Of a DNA stretch of 64,000 nt, positions 25,001 through 39,109 are shown piece by piece. The DNA lies in the NCBI GenBank assembly GCA_012295275.1, contig CM022678.1, forward strand, positions 8,184,001 through 8,248,000. Direction: 5' to 3'. The notes under the pieces were generated by a model. The model made no database searches. It had not been told where the DNA came from and saw only the letters and a list, made by a program, of their open reading frames with translations. A program made the translations under genes and the position numbers. Positions within the stretch are counted from its first letter, which is position 1; each line of letters starts with the position of its first letter. The stretch is from Chrysomallon squamiferum. Its lineage: Eukaryota; Animalia; Mollusca.

Positions 25001-26500
25001 AGTCTGTTGATTTGTTTGAAAATATATTGTAAGTGCCAATTAGGGGCAATAAAATAGATGCAATCTTGAGTCTGAAGACAATTAATGCTGCAGGTTTGGT
25101 AAGTGAAACTTTGTACTTTATCTCAGTTGACCACTGACCTTCTTATAAATAAAATTGGTAGTTGACATTAACTGATTTATTCAACTGGTATGTCAGATAA
25201 GAAAAAACAATTTTGGTGTGAAACCTTAATACAGAAGTGATAATTTGTCAAATAAAAGAGAAAAAGAAATGAAAACTCATTTCAATGTTTTTAATTCTTT
25301 AATTTTAACTATCACTTTGTTAATGCTGAGACCAGTTTTATTACTATGCTAGCAACTAGTGCTGAGTTCTACTAACACTACAAATAGTACTACACTAAAA
25401 TTACTAACAACTACTAACTGTAAAAGTGCTAACTAGTGTTCAGGACTTTGTACAGTCAGTAATACTGTACTGTGTATTATGACATGCATTTCTATAGTTA
25501 TGTATAATCAGCAATATTGAGAATGTCCAGTACGATATTACAGCTGAATAATTAATATTCATTAAAATGCTTATTTCCATTAAAGCACTGACATTAACTG
25601 AAACATTTAATAAATCCTTACTTCTACAGTATTTTTGATAAATGCATTGGAGAAACAGCTGTAACAAATTTACGAGGAAGTTATTATTAATTTTCTTTTT
25701 CGGTTATTACTATTCAATTTTATGCATTTTTATGTAATGGCAAATTTTTGTTTTTTCGAGATATATTGATAAAAAAAATCCCGTAATTTCACATGCTGCA
25801 TACAGTAATATAAGTTTTATAATGCTCTCATTGAAATCTGACAGTGGCATAAACACATTTCTGGATATTTTGTTTTAGTGCAGAAAACTCATTGAATCTT
25901 TCTTGGTATTTATGAAGGATTCAGAACTAATTAAATCAATTCCATGTATAGGACTGGAGTAACAATTTCTCTTTCCTTATTATTATACATCAGTCTTAGG
26001 GAAACAATTCTGTTAGTGCCTTTTGAAAACCAATAATTTTCAGGTTTCCCAATATATTTCAAACCAATCTAGGTGATGTTGTCAATCACCCGGTTTTTCT
26101 CTGTGTGTTTTCTTTTGTTTCTATTTTTCTTTAATGATGTATAAGCAAAACGCACATAGATAACTTAAAGTAGATTAACATTTTTCATAAATACATATGT
26201 TACTGATCGAAAACCGTCACCATTTTCGTACGGAAAACGATACTACATCATTTATGTATAATGAAAATGAGAAAGATGACACATTTTTTCCTTCTCTTAC
26301 TCCAAAATGTATCAAATTTATAATTAAATAAAATTACCTACTTGAATAAAATACGTGAGTTACAATATTGTATCTCCTCTACTGCTTTAAATAGTTACTT
26401 TATTATTTTCAGAAATAAATAAAAAGTAACAATCACAAATGGGGATAAAATGTGAAGTGAGAAAAATAATTCCATCAAATAACAAAAAATAGGAATTTAT

Positions 26501-26686
26501 AGCAGAGAGAAAAGGTTTAGATGTGAAGTCTATGGAATAAATGTTCTAAAAATGAGGATATAAAAATTAACACGGAAAGTCACAGTAACGAAGAATTATT
26601 CAGCATCCATACTGGTAAGAAACGTTTTGAATGTGAAGTTTGTGCAAAACGACTACACGTAAAACATCCATATGAGAATCCACAAG
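26501..26686 (+). pseudogene. Truncated ZNF pseudogene (start codon mutated to ACG, one broken finger)
   Basis: aaaattaacACGgaaagtcacagtaacgaagaattattcagcatccatactggtaagaaa matches paralog starts; it has its own acceptor ttttcAG at 26411-26412. Confidence 0.8.
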
Positions 26687-27467
26687 TATTCTGACATGCA
26701 TTAAGTTTTAACTTTCAGGACTCCCATTGAAATTGAAACGATCGAAGTTGGTGTTGCAAACATTTCTTTTAATAGTACGGTAGAGAAATAAACATAAAAA
26801 ACCCCAAATAAAATGACAATAACGTGAAGTACATTAACGTTGTTTAAAAAAAATTAAAATAAATAATAATAAAAAGTAATAATCTGTCACTGATAGAATA
26901 CCTTGTTCAGTGGCTTAGCTGAAAATATTACTGCATCATTGATGTAGAATCAAATCGAAACACATGACAGATTTTCTTCTTGCCGTACTCCAAAATTGCA
27001 AGGAAACATAGGATTTTCAAAAAGCACAGTCTTAGAATTAAATGAATTTGTAATTAGATAGAATATATTGTTTAAAATTATATACTTGAACAAAACATGC
27101 CACTTTAAATATTGCATTCCCTTATTCTCTTATTTCTGTTATATATTTTCAGAAATAAATCAGAAAGTAAGAACCAGAATTGAGGACCTCGACGAAAGGG
27201 AATAAAACGTGAAGTGAGAAAAATAATTCCGTCAAATTAGAAATAGTTGGTATAAGAAATATCCCCTGTACACTTTAGCACTGTTAATTCACTCTGTGTT
27301 TTATATCACGTAACATTACATTCAAAATACATCTGATTTGTGAATCTTCTACTAAGATATAATTATAGTGGTAACCTAATGAAATAAAGTTACAGCAGAG
27401 AGAAAAAGATATGATGTGATGTCTATATGGAAAGAATTTTCTGGAAATAAGAAATATAGAAATTAAC

Positions 27468-28187
27468 ATGGCAAGTCACAGTAATCAAGAATTATTCAGC
27501 ATCCATTCTGGTGAGAAACCTTTTAAATGCGAAGTTTGTGCAAAATGTTTCTCAAAAAAAGTATATGTAAAAGATCATATGAGAGTCCATACTGGAGAGA
27601 GACCTCATAAATGTGAAATTTGTGTAAAATGTTTCTCACATAGATCGAATCTAAGATGTCACATGAAGCGTCATACTAATGAGAAACCATTTAAATGTGA
27701 AGTCTGTGGAAAATGTTTCACACAAAGAGCAAGTGTGAAAAGTCATATGAAAGTCCATACTGGAGAGAATCCTTTTAAATGTGAAGTTTGTGCAAAATGT
27801 TTCTCATGGAGCTCGGGTTTAAAATGTCATATGTACGTCCATCAAAGAGAGAAGCCTTTTAAATGTGAAGTTTGTGCAAAATGTTTCTCACAGCGACGAC
27901 ATGTAAACAGCCATATGTCAATTCATACTGGACAGAAGCCTTTTGAATGTGAAGCTTGTGGAAAATGTTTCTCACTACGTGGAGGTTTAAAATGTCATAC
28001 GATTGTCCACTCTGGAGAGAAACCTTTCAAATGTGAGATTTGTGCAAAATGTTTCAATCAGCGTTCAAGTTTAAAAAGTCATATGAAGATCCATACTGGA
28101 GAGAAGCCTTTTAAATGTGAGGTTTGTGGAAAATGTTTCTCACACAGTCCGAGCTTTAAATATCATATGAAAATACACGATAGATAG
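27468..28187 (+). CDS. C2H2 zinc-finger protein, 8 fingers (239 aa)
   Basis: Intact [22 protein letters not shown]...SHSPSFKYHMKIHDR*. Confidence 0.92.
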   Translation: MASHSNQELFSIHSGEKPFKCEVCAKCFSKKVYVKDHMRVHTGERPHKCEICVKCFSHRSNLRCHMKRHTNEKPFKCEVCGKCFTQRASVKSHMKVHTGENPFKCEVCAKCFSWSSGLKCHMYVHQREKPFKCEVCAKCFSQRRHVNSHMSIHTGQKPFECEACGKCFSLRGGLKCHTIVHSGEKPFKCEICAKCFNQRSSLKSHMKIHTGEKPFKCEVCGKCFSHSPSFKYHMKIHDR

Positions 28188-29435
28188 AAACCTTTTAAAT
28201 GTGAAGCTTGTGCAAAATGTTTTATTCACGGAATTGGAATCTCAAACTTCAAATAAAGATCCAAGTTGGAGAGAATTCTTTCAAATGTGAAATTTGAGAA
28301 AGATGTTTCTCACGAGAAGTTCGTGCGAAATATTTTCAATAAACTTGTATCTAAATGATCGGACGACATCCCACTTTTATTGGAAGCTTTTGAGAAATGA
28401 CTGATGATAACTGAAATTTGTCAAATACTAACGAGAAAATGTAATATACTATTTTGTAATAGACAACATTTAACAAAAGCTACTGAAGAACACGAGTTTT
28501 TATTAATTTGATATAACAAATCTGAAAGAGAAAGTCGTACTAACAACTTCTACTACCAGCACTAGTATTATTACCGTTTTTACTGTTGCTACTAGTACTA
28601 CCACTGCTACTACTACAGTATCATTGATGTGGATATTAGACGTCATGTCAACTTTCCTGAATTCCTTGTTATTGTTATAACAGATTATCTTAATTTAAGA
28701 AACAATGTTTGTCTATGTATATGTGTATTTACCATAAGCATTCGCATTAATACTACTACTGGTGCTATTTATATTACTTTTACTGTGTAGCTGTATTTTG
28801 TTTCAAACGACTGTTTAAGTATCTTATAATCTTCTAATGTTCTTTGTAAGCAGCGAGGTCTTCTCCAGTTTACGAATATAGATGGAAACATCATAAAGAC
28901 ATGTAGACAGATGCTCATTAGGATCAGTTTTAAGGATAGTACTATAAAAAATTAGGCTGTCTTCAAAATAAACAGTAGTAGTTTAGATCTGTTACTAGAC
29001 ATTTTACAATTTTTTATTCCTGGAGTCTTCAGTAATAGCGTGTAATGTCTCACTAATTAAATGATGAAAATTTAATCCAAAAAATGAAAAATATCGTATC
29101 TAAATTGAAGTATTTTGCAGCCTTCATTGAAGACAAAAATTAAGAAATGTTCTATAACAGTCAAGTTTTCTTTACTTTAACATGTCCCTTCACTGATTGG
29201 AGATGTTAAAACGTCAACGAGGTACCATTATCATTCTTGTAGATTGGCCATTCATTTTATATATATATTGTCACAGTGGCAAACTTTCTATATTAAAGTT
29301 GGGAAAGAAACGTTATATAACACTCAAGCAATAACAACATATTAAGCATTTACTGTCATGGTAACAAACTGAGAATTTTAGGAAGAAAACACTCATTACA
29401 GTTTAAACAAACGAACCTGCTATGGATAAATAAAC

Positions 29436-29574
29436 AAATTTAAAATGTCATACGAATAACCATAGTGGTGAGAAATCATTTAAATGTGAAATTTGTGGAA
29501 CATTTTCCTCACGACATGGACATGTAAAACGTCATATGATAGTCCACAATGGAGATAAACCTTTTAATAGTTAA
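29436..29574 (+). pseudogene. Terminal-finger remnant of a deleted ZNF gene
   Basis: HSGEKSFKCEICGTFSSRHGHVKRHMIVHNGDKPFNS*. Confidence 0.75.
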
Positions 29575-30787
29575 ATATTAAGTAGATGATTGATTGTTAA
29601 TTATTTTTATGACGACTCTCGAGGTGAGTTGACAGTGAATGGTTTTTACTTTAAATTTCTCGATTCTCGGATTAATATTTATATGTTCAAGATTATTTTG
29701 TAAAAATATTAATTTTCATATTGACAGTATATAAAAGATTATTAAATTTTGTGAAATAAAAAGAAAAAGCAAACTATGAATATTTTGTTCAGTATTTTTG
29801 TTTAATTTTATGTAACATTTTATAACTGCTCTAACAGTACGACTGTAGTGACATCTAATGAAACCACTGCAAATACTATAACTACTCTATAGGTTCTACC
29901 AATTGTACAAATATTATATGCAGCTACCATTTCTATGACAAAAATTCTTTCTACCACAATTACTACTACTCATTTTCTGTCCAGATTGCTTGTGGAGGTT
30001 TTGCCGTTAATCCATACATTTGTTTATATATGTGCATGTATCATTGAAATGTTAAGTGCTGTAACAGTACGACTGTAGTGACATCTACTAAAACTACTGC
30101 AAATACTACAGCCACATCGGTAGCTTCTACCAGCAGCACAAATATTAACTGCTACTACCATTTCTGTGGCTACAACTACAACTACCTCGAAAGCTTGTAC
30201 CAACAGTACAAATATTATAACTGCCGCTACCATTTCAAAAATTCTTTCTACCATAATTACAACTACTAATTTTTGTTCAGAATTCCTGTGGAATTTTTGC
30301 CGTAAATCCGTACATTTCTTTATATAGGTGCATATATCATTGAAATGTTGTTAATGTGCTATTGAATGTAAAATCAGTACATTATTATTCTGAAAGATTG
30401 TTACTGACGTAATAAAATAGTAGTTTTAGCACTTATTTATTCTAAAATGTAACTAAAGCAGGAAGAAATGGCATATGTAAATTTATTTACTACTTAATCT
30501 GTTGCAGTTATTTTGGATAAATATTGGATATTACATTATTAGAGTTATTTTATGTTGTTTTCATCTTACTTCAAACTGACATTTCTAAGGCTAGGAAGAA
30601 AAAAAAAAAAAAAAAAAACCAAACAAAGAAAAAGAAAAACCCAGAAAATTATAACAACAAAACTATTATTAATGTTAATTAATAGTGTTTTGTTATAATG
30701 TACACGATAAAGAATTCATGTAACTCAAATTTTAATGTTAAAACCAATAAAAGAACCTAGTGACTGATAACAAACACGCACACACAC

Positions 30788-30789
<2 letters not shown>

Positions 30790-30856
<67 letters not shown>

Positions 30857-30880
30857 AAGAAGAAGAAGAAGAAGAAGAGG
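30790..30880 (+). repeat. Compound microsatellite (AAT)n(AAG)n
   Basis: Direct reading. Confidence 0.95.
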
Positions 30881-33800
30881 AGGAAAATGAAGAAGAAGAA
30901 AAGTTGTATTAGTAGTAATTAAGAATATTAACTTGGAAACTGGGTAGTTGAAAACATCAAATAATGGAAAGAATACTTTTAAAACTAATTTAATTACTGT
31001 GCTGTGACTGTTATGATTGTATTCAATTTCAGAAACTGACTTAGAATTTATATCTGTTGAAGAATTGCCACAAAAATTAAATTCCAAGAAGTCACTGCCA
31101 TACATACAATTTTTAAAGGCGATTTCATACATTGTTATAGCTATTATCTTGTTCTTTGAAATCTCGCACGTGGAGACAGCTTGTTTCATACAGTTCTGTA
31201 CGATCTTTGGACAACTGCAGCAGCTCTGTGGACAACGTTATCTCCAGTCAGGATCACGTCTCACGTGATAATTAACTATCATAAACATTCTTCTTTACTT
31301 GTTCACGAAGATCAAATTTATGCAAGTCTGATTCTAAAGTACTTCATGCAGTTATCATACTAAAGAAGAACTGTCATAAAAATTAAATTGGATTCCATAA
31401 GATCACTGGCATAATTAAAATAAAATAAACATCAAAATTAAATTAAAATAACAATATGGCTCATGCAAGAACTTTTAAAAAGAAACGTTCCTGCATGAAC
31501 CACTTTTAATCACAGACTGTGAAGTCTGCTTTTCTGTTTCTGAGAAGGTGCGGGTAAGAGAACGTAAGTCGCTAATGGTAAGACAGTGGTCAACTGGACA
31601 GTAGTCACGTCTTTCTTCTAATTTCTGTGTAGTTATCAAACTTTTAAATGACGTTATACAACAGTAGGATGACTATGTCGATAAATAAAGCAAGTTTTTC
31701 TTTCTAGACGAGAGTTAGCACGTCAGTAGTAAGCGCCTGTCTGAAGTATCTCGTGATGGAGTTGTCTCCGGCCACGTAGTCTTTACGTAGATAGGATTTA
31801 TCTCTGACCTTATTATACTGTACACTGACGTTAATGGATTTGTCCTGCGACCGATGTAAAAGTGATGTTAAATTTAAATACAGAAGTGCATAGTTAAAAT
31901 CTGAAGGAGACCGGGAGTTATGTCCCCTGAAAGGTTCTTTTACAATAATAATAATAATAAAATTAAAATTAAAATTAAAATGTCCGCATACCAAAATAAA
32001 TAACAGTAATAAAAGCTATATAAATATAACTTAAGACAAACAGAAATATGCGGTTTAATACGCCTGGTTTGTTTTTGTTGCCGTTCCGATGAATGCGTCT
32101 GATCATAGCCCCGTGTAATAAAATAATAACTTTCATTTTGATATTAGAGTGCGCGCTTTATTTTGAAGGAAAACAAATTCTGTACAAAGTTGAACAATGG
32201 GGAGATAAACCATTCCATTGGTATTAGCACGAGACATGTTTCATGTATATTTTGGAAACGAATAGAATTAAATAAATAATCGCCTAATCAGTTAATCAAT
32301 CTACAAGACGTTTACTGTAAATTGTAGTAAGAATTTTTTGCAAAACATCAAGATAGTTCGTTTTGTGTTAAATAGTGACGTGGTATTCTTTGTTTACGTT
32401 TTGTACCTATTATCGTTTCAACGCTACCCGTATTTTTATTATTACTTAAATACAGTATAGAACTAATTAAATAATAATCAAATGGCAATAAATGGAAACA
32501 TTGTAACTATTGTTTGTATTTAGCGTATGGCTGTAGCTTAACACGTTAAATCACTCAACTGTATCATTATTCCACATTTGTAAGAACGGATCACATAATA
32601 CTGTTTTAACAGCATGTTTTGACCATGAATATATGTCACACAAGTCACATTCATCTAGTACACATTTTGTAAAACAAATAGATAAATGTGATCTAGCATT
32701 TGTAATGTGAGGACATCCATAAAGTAATATATGTATTTATAATCTGATCGGTTCATAAATTAAATACTCTACCTTTTTGTTTTCTCTGCATAGGAAACAG
32801 GCTTTGAAGATCAACAGACTGAATCTTTCTTAATATTTACAAAGGAACCAGACTTACTTCAGACAAGTTCAAGGTATTTAGCTTGAGTTATAATTTCTGT
32901 ATTAAATAATTAACAATGCAAATAGCTTGATGTACATTAAGATGATAAAAGTCTTACACAAGAATTTGTCTTACTGGATATCTTCTACTAGAAAATTAAG
33001 ATTGTTCCCAGAATCTAAAAACAAATACATTTAGATGTATATCTAATAATATGGAAGTAGAAATTGTTTCTGAGGTTAAATACCTCTTCCTTATTTTAAG
33101 TAAATCTGTATCATCGAATACTAAAACAGATTTAATCAGCTGATGTTGAGAATTCAGTTTATTACTTGACTGTCACTTACATTTGTAAAACCTTGTAAAA
33201 CCTAAAATATTACATGGATGTGAAATCTGGGGTTTTATTAATTTAGATATAACTGAAAGGCTTTATATGCAAATACATAAAAATATATTGTTAACTGTAA
33301 AGAGTTTAAATTGTCTGATGTGCTGTAGATATTTTTATTGATATAAATAATTTATCAAATTCTTGGTTATCTTGTATAAAAGCTATACTGGATGAATATG
33401 GTTTATGTCAGATATATCTTTATCTGCAAGTGAATATCTTTTGATTACAAGATGCTGTTAAAAGAATTTTCTAGTCAGATCTTACAAAAATGGAACAGAC
33501 ATAAATTTGAGTTATGAAAAGGAATTTATTATACAATGCTTAAAGGTGAATTTAAATTACAACATTATCTTTACATAATGCATAAGTTTCATACCTGAAT
33601 CGAATGATTCTTCAAAATTGTTAAAGCATGGAACATATTTTTCTTATTTCCTTTCAGTAAGTTAATAGAAATCATATTTTATATAGGATCCTTCTTGAAA
33701 ACAACAATACTGATTCAATTTAACCAGACAGTACTTTCAGTTCTTTGTTAGTGATGGATGTAAATAATATTCTCAAACATCTTAATAGTGTAATTGCTTG

Positions 33801-34417
33801 GTAATAGCATAGATAAGATTGCTTGCCTCAGTTCTTTTATTTCCTACATTTCCTTCTTGGGAAACTGTGAGAATTACTGCTGTATCAAATATAACATTAG
33901 AATGAAAGAACATAATCAGAATGGCATAATTTAATGACAGAAAGAACATTAATGTAGGTTTGAAAGTGAAATCTTTTTGGTTATTATTATTAGTATTTTT
34001 ATACGATAAACAACAGGAACAAATTAAGATAGTTATATTTTTATTTGACCTGTGCAGGAGATCCTAGTTTATTGTTAAGAGATTATCACCACTTTTATAA
34101 AGTTTATCACTTTACTTGTGATTAGTTGTGCAGTGAGTAAAAACAAATACTTTTAGATTTATATCTAATAATATGGACATAGTAATTGTTGTACAGGATT
34201 TCAGTTAATCACCAGTGAAAACAAGATAATGAGAGAACCTGTCAGTTTTACAACCCACCATCTAAATAACTGACATGTCAGCTGTTTGATCACTTCCTTT
34301 ATTTAAATTCTGGACAGTGACTATGACACCAACTATAAATGTTGGAATGTTCTGACAGAATTAAGCTGACATTATATACATAGGTAATATATATTATATA
34401 TGTAAGCTTATAATAGG

Positions 34418-34532
<115 letters not shown>

Positions 34533-35417
34533 GGAACATTTGGGGCAAAAAGTCGTTTTGGAATACAGGAACCAATTATAGTATATTTAGAAATCTATTA
34601 ATATCTTGTTTTTAGAACAGTTTATATTTCTAAGATAAAGGAAAACAAAGAAAAAATGTTGTATATTGATTTTAGCAGATCCTATTTTATTGTTAAGAGA
34701 TTATCACTACTGTTGTAAAGTTTATCACTTTACTGGTAAGCAGTTGTGCAGTCAGTAGTTCTACTCAAAAATTAAGATTGTTTCCCACAGGCAATCTAAA
34801 AACAAATACATTTAGATTTATATCTAAAGATATGGAGGTAGAAATTGTTACCGAGGTTAAATACCTATTCCTTATTTTAAGTAAATCTGGATCATCGAAT
34901 ACTAAAAAAGATTTTATCAGCTGAGATTCAGATGCAGTGTTTGCTATATTAAAAAAAATGTAGATAATTCAGGTTATCACTTCACTGTCACTTACATTTG
35001 TTAGACAAGTTTGTAAAACCTAAACTATTATATGGATGTGAAATCTGGGGTTTTATTAATTTAGATATAACTGAAAGGCTTTATATGCAAATACATAAAA
35101 ATATATTGCAAAGAGTTTAAATTGTCTGGTGTGCTGTAGATATTTTTATTGATATAAATAATTTATCAACTCCTTGTTATCTTGTATAAAAGCTATACTA
35201 GATGAATGTGGTTTATGTAAGATATATCTTTATGTGGAAGTGAATATCTTGTGGTTATAAGATGCTTTTAAAAGAATGTTGTAGTCAGTTGTTAAAAAAT
35301 GGAATAGACATACATTTGAGTCATAAAAAGGAATTTATTATACAATGCTTAACAGTGAATTCAAATTAGAACATTATCTGTTGCAGTTGCCAGTGCAAAA
35401 TGCTATAGCATTATGTA

Positions 35418-37362
35418 AATATAGAACAAGTATCAAACTTCCTGTGGTATCTCGTAGATGGTTTAATACTGAAAGGGTAAATATAGAACAAGTAATATCA
35501 AACTTCCTGTGGTATCTGGTAGATGGTTTAATACTGAAAGGGTAAATATAGAACAAGTAATATCAAACTTCCTGTGGTATCTGGTAGATGGTTTAATACT
35601 GAAAGGGTAAATATAGAACAAGTAATATCAAACTTCCTGTCGTATCTGGTAGATGGTTTAATACTGAAAGGTTAAATATAGAACCAGTAATATCAAACTT
35701 CCTATGGTATCTGGTAGATGGTTTAATACTGAAAGGGTAAATATAGAACAAGTAATATCAAACTTCCTATGGGATCTGGTAGATGGTTTAATATTGAAAG
35801 GGTAAATATAGAACAAGTAATATCAAACTACCTATGGTATCTGGTAGATAGTTTAATATTGAAAGGGTAAATATAGAACAAGTAATATCAAACTTCCTGT
35901 GGTATCTGGTAGATGGTTTAATATTGAAAGGGTAAATATAGAACCAGTAATAACAAACTTCCTGTGGTATCTGGTAGATGGTTTAATATTGAAAGGGTAA
36001 ATATAGAACCAGTAATAACAAACTTCCTGTGGTATCTGGTAGATGGTTTAATATTGAAAGGGTAAATATAGAACCAGTAATATCAAACTTCCTGTGGTAT
36101 CTGGTAGATGGTTTAATATTGAAAGGGTAAATATAGAACCAGTAATAAGAAACTTCCTGTGGTATCTGGTAGATGGTTTAATACTGAAAGGGTAAATATA
36201 GAACAAGTAATATCAAACTTCCTATGGTGTCTGGTAGATGGTTTAATACTGAAAGGTTAAATATAGAACAAGTAATATCAAACTTCCTATGGTATCTGAT
36301 AGATTGTTTAATACTGAAAGGGTAAATATAGAACAAGTAATAACAAACTTCCTATGGTATCTGGTAGATGGTTTAATACTGAAAGGTTAAATATAGAACA
36401 AGTAATATCAAACTTCCTGTGGTATCTGGTAGATGGTTTAATACTGAAAGGTTAAATATAGAACCAGTAATATCAAACTTCCTATGGTATCTGGTAGATG
36501 GTTTAATACTGAAAGGGTAAATATAGAACAAGTAATATCAAACTTCCTATGGTATCTGGTAGATTGTTTAATACTGAAAGGGTAAATATAGAACAAGTAA
36601 TATCAAACTTCCTATGGTATCTGATAGATTGTTTAATACTGAAAGGGTAAATATAGAACAAGTAATAACAAACTTCCTATGGTATCTGGTAGATGGTTTA
36701 ATACTGAAAGGTTAAATATAGAACAAGTAATATCAAACTTCCTGTCGTATCTGGTAGATGGTTTAATACTGAAAGGTTAAATATAGAACCAGTAATATCA
36801 AACTTCCTATGGTATCTGGTAGATGGTTTAATACTGAAAGGGTAAATATAGAACAAGTAATATCAAACTTCCTATCGGATCTGGTAGATGGTTTAATATT
36901 GAAAGGGTAAATATAGAACAAGTAATATCAAACTACCTATGGTATCTGGTAGATGGTTTAATATTGAAAGGGTAAATATAGAACCAGTAATAACAAACTT
37001 CCTGTGGTATCTGGTAGATGGTTTAATATTGAAAGGGTAAATATAGAACCAGTAATATCAAACTTCCTATGGTATCTGGTAGATGGTTTAATATTGAAAG
37101 GTTAAATATAGAACCAGTAATAAGAAACTTCCTGTGGTATCTGGTAGATGGTTTAATACTGAAAGGGTAAATATAGAACAAGTAATATCAAACTTCCTAT
37201 GGTGTCTGGTAGATGGTTTAATACTGAAAGGTTAAATATAGAACAAGTAATAACAAACTTCCTATGGTATCTGATAGATTGTTTAATACTGAAAGGTTAA
37301 ATATAGAACAAGTAATATCAAACTTCCTATGGTATCTGGTAGATGGTTTAATATTGAAAGGG
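35418..37362 (+). repeat. 65-bp minisatellite, 30 copies
   Basis: Unit ~aatatagaacaagtaatatcaaacttcctrtggtatctggtagatggtttaataytgaaagggta; gaaagg recurs at 35471, 35536, 35601 ... 37356 (29 x 65). Confidence 0.97.
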
Positions 37363-39109
37363 AAGACAGTATATCATTTATGTAATTCTGATATTGCTGA
37401 TGAGTTCCACTATATTTTTGACTGTACATTTTTCTCTTTTGAGAGAAGTAAATATATACCACACTATTATACACTTATACCAAATACAATAACATTTCAA
37501 CATTTATTTTCTGGTAAAAAAAGCAATTCACTTTTGTATAAACTTGTCATTGAGAGAATCAGTCTTCTGGGTTACATAAAAATTAATGATTTGTGTCACT
37601 ATAGAAAATACTGTTTAAATTAGGTGTTTTTTTATGTGTTCTCAATACTGCTTTCATTGAGGTATTGTCTTTTCTTGAAAGATGTTGTAAGTTAGGTGCA
37701 ATAAAATACATACAATCTTGTGTCTGAAAAGAATTAATGCTGCAGGTGTGATAAGTGAAGCAGAAACAAATGTTTCTTAGTTTTGTACTTGCTTAGATTG
37801 AATATATTTATCTCAGTCGACAACTGACCTTCTTATAAATAAAATAATTATTAGTTGACATTAACTGATTGAGTCAACTGGTATGTCAGATAAAAATAAA
37901 TTTTGGTATACAGAAGTGATAATTTGTTAAATGAAAGAGAAAAGAAATGAAAACTCATTTCAGAGTTTTTATTCTTTAATTTTAAGTAACATCAGAAGTG
38001 CTAAGACCACCTTCATTATAACGACTTCAAATACTGTTAGTAATTACTACCACTACAAATACCATCTACTACTAACTACTATTAGGACTACAAATATTAC
38101 TATCACTAAAATTACTGACTACTACTAACACTGAAAGAACTAACTAGTGTTAGGCTATTTGCTTGGTAGATAGATAAACGTGTGTGCTGTAATTCATGAA
38201 TACTGAGTGATATGTAGTTATATTATTTACTGTGTGAATCAAATACGTAAAATTACAATAGCAAATGGTAAATAGATAACAGATGCAGGTTAGTGCAGAG
38301 CATTAAGGAAGCACATAGTTACGTACATTCAGTAATGCTGATACTGTCTGTTATGACATGCAGTTCTATAGTCACATACAAACAGCAATATTGAGAATGT
38401 CCAGTACGATATTACAACTGAATAATTAATATTCATTAAAATGCTTATTTCCATTAAGGACATTAACTGAAACATTTAATAAATCCTTACTTCTACAGCA
38501 TTTTTGATGTCAGTATTTCCGCAAGTCTTCAGTAATAGCGTGTAATGTCTCACTAATTAATTGATGAAAATTTAATCCAAAACATGAAAAATATCTCGTA
38601 TCTAAATTGAAGTATTTTACAGCCTTCAATGTAACTTTCTCTACTTTTACATATCACTTCATTGATCGGATACTTTAGAAATTTCCACGCGCTAGAATTA
38701 CCACTTTTGCGGATTGACACTTCAGAATATAGACCTTGTCATAATGCCAAACCTTCTAATTTCAAGTTGCGAAAGAAACGTTATACAACACTGAAGCATG
38801 AGCAACATTTTAAGCAATTGCTGTCATAATGGCAAACGTAGTATGTTCGTAACAAAACACTCAAGGATGAACGACACTCATTACACTTTAAACAAAAAAC
38901 GTGCTAATGATAAATAAACTTCAATCAAAACCTGCCAATTAAAATCAATTGAAGAAACAAATAATTTAGAGTCTTATCTGTCAACAACAATGAACAATAT
39001 AATATGTAATGAATAAGCCAGAAGCTTTATAAACTATCAGAGAAGAAACAATAGTACGTTAATTGTTTTTCAACAATAGTGAACAGTTAAAACCTGTTAT
39101 AATCAAACA

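Noticed and set aside
29820-30320. Thr-rich mucin-like ORF
   Set aside because: A local duplication of an ACT-rich low-complexity non-coding block; frames are not maintained.
30725-31189. 154-aa minus-strand ORF with poly-Leu/poly-Ile
   Set aside because: Largely a translation of the (AAT)n(AAG)n microsatellite.
35418-37362. CRISPR-like regular array
   Set aside because: Head-to-tail 65-bp units with no unique spacers, derived from LINE sequence, in a eukaryotic context with no cas genes.
37264-37623. 119-aa ORF as a host gene
   Set aside because: Chimera of minisatellite units and the decayed LINE ORF2 tail.
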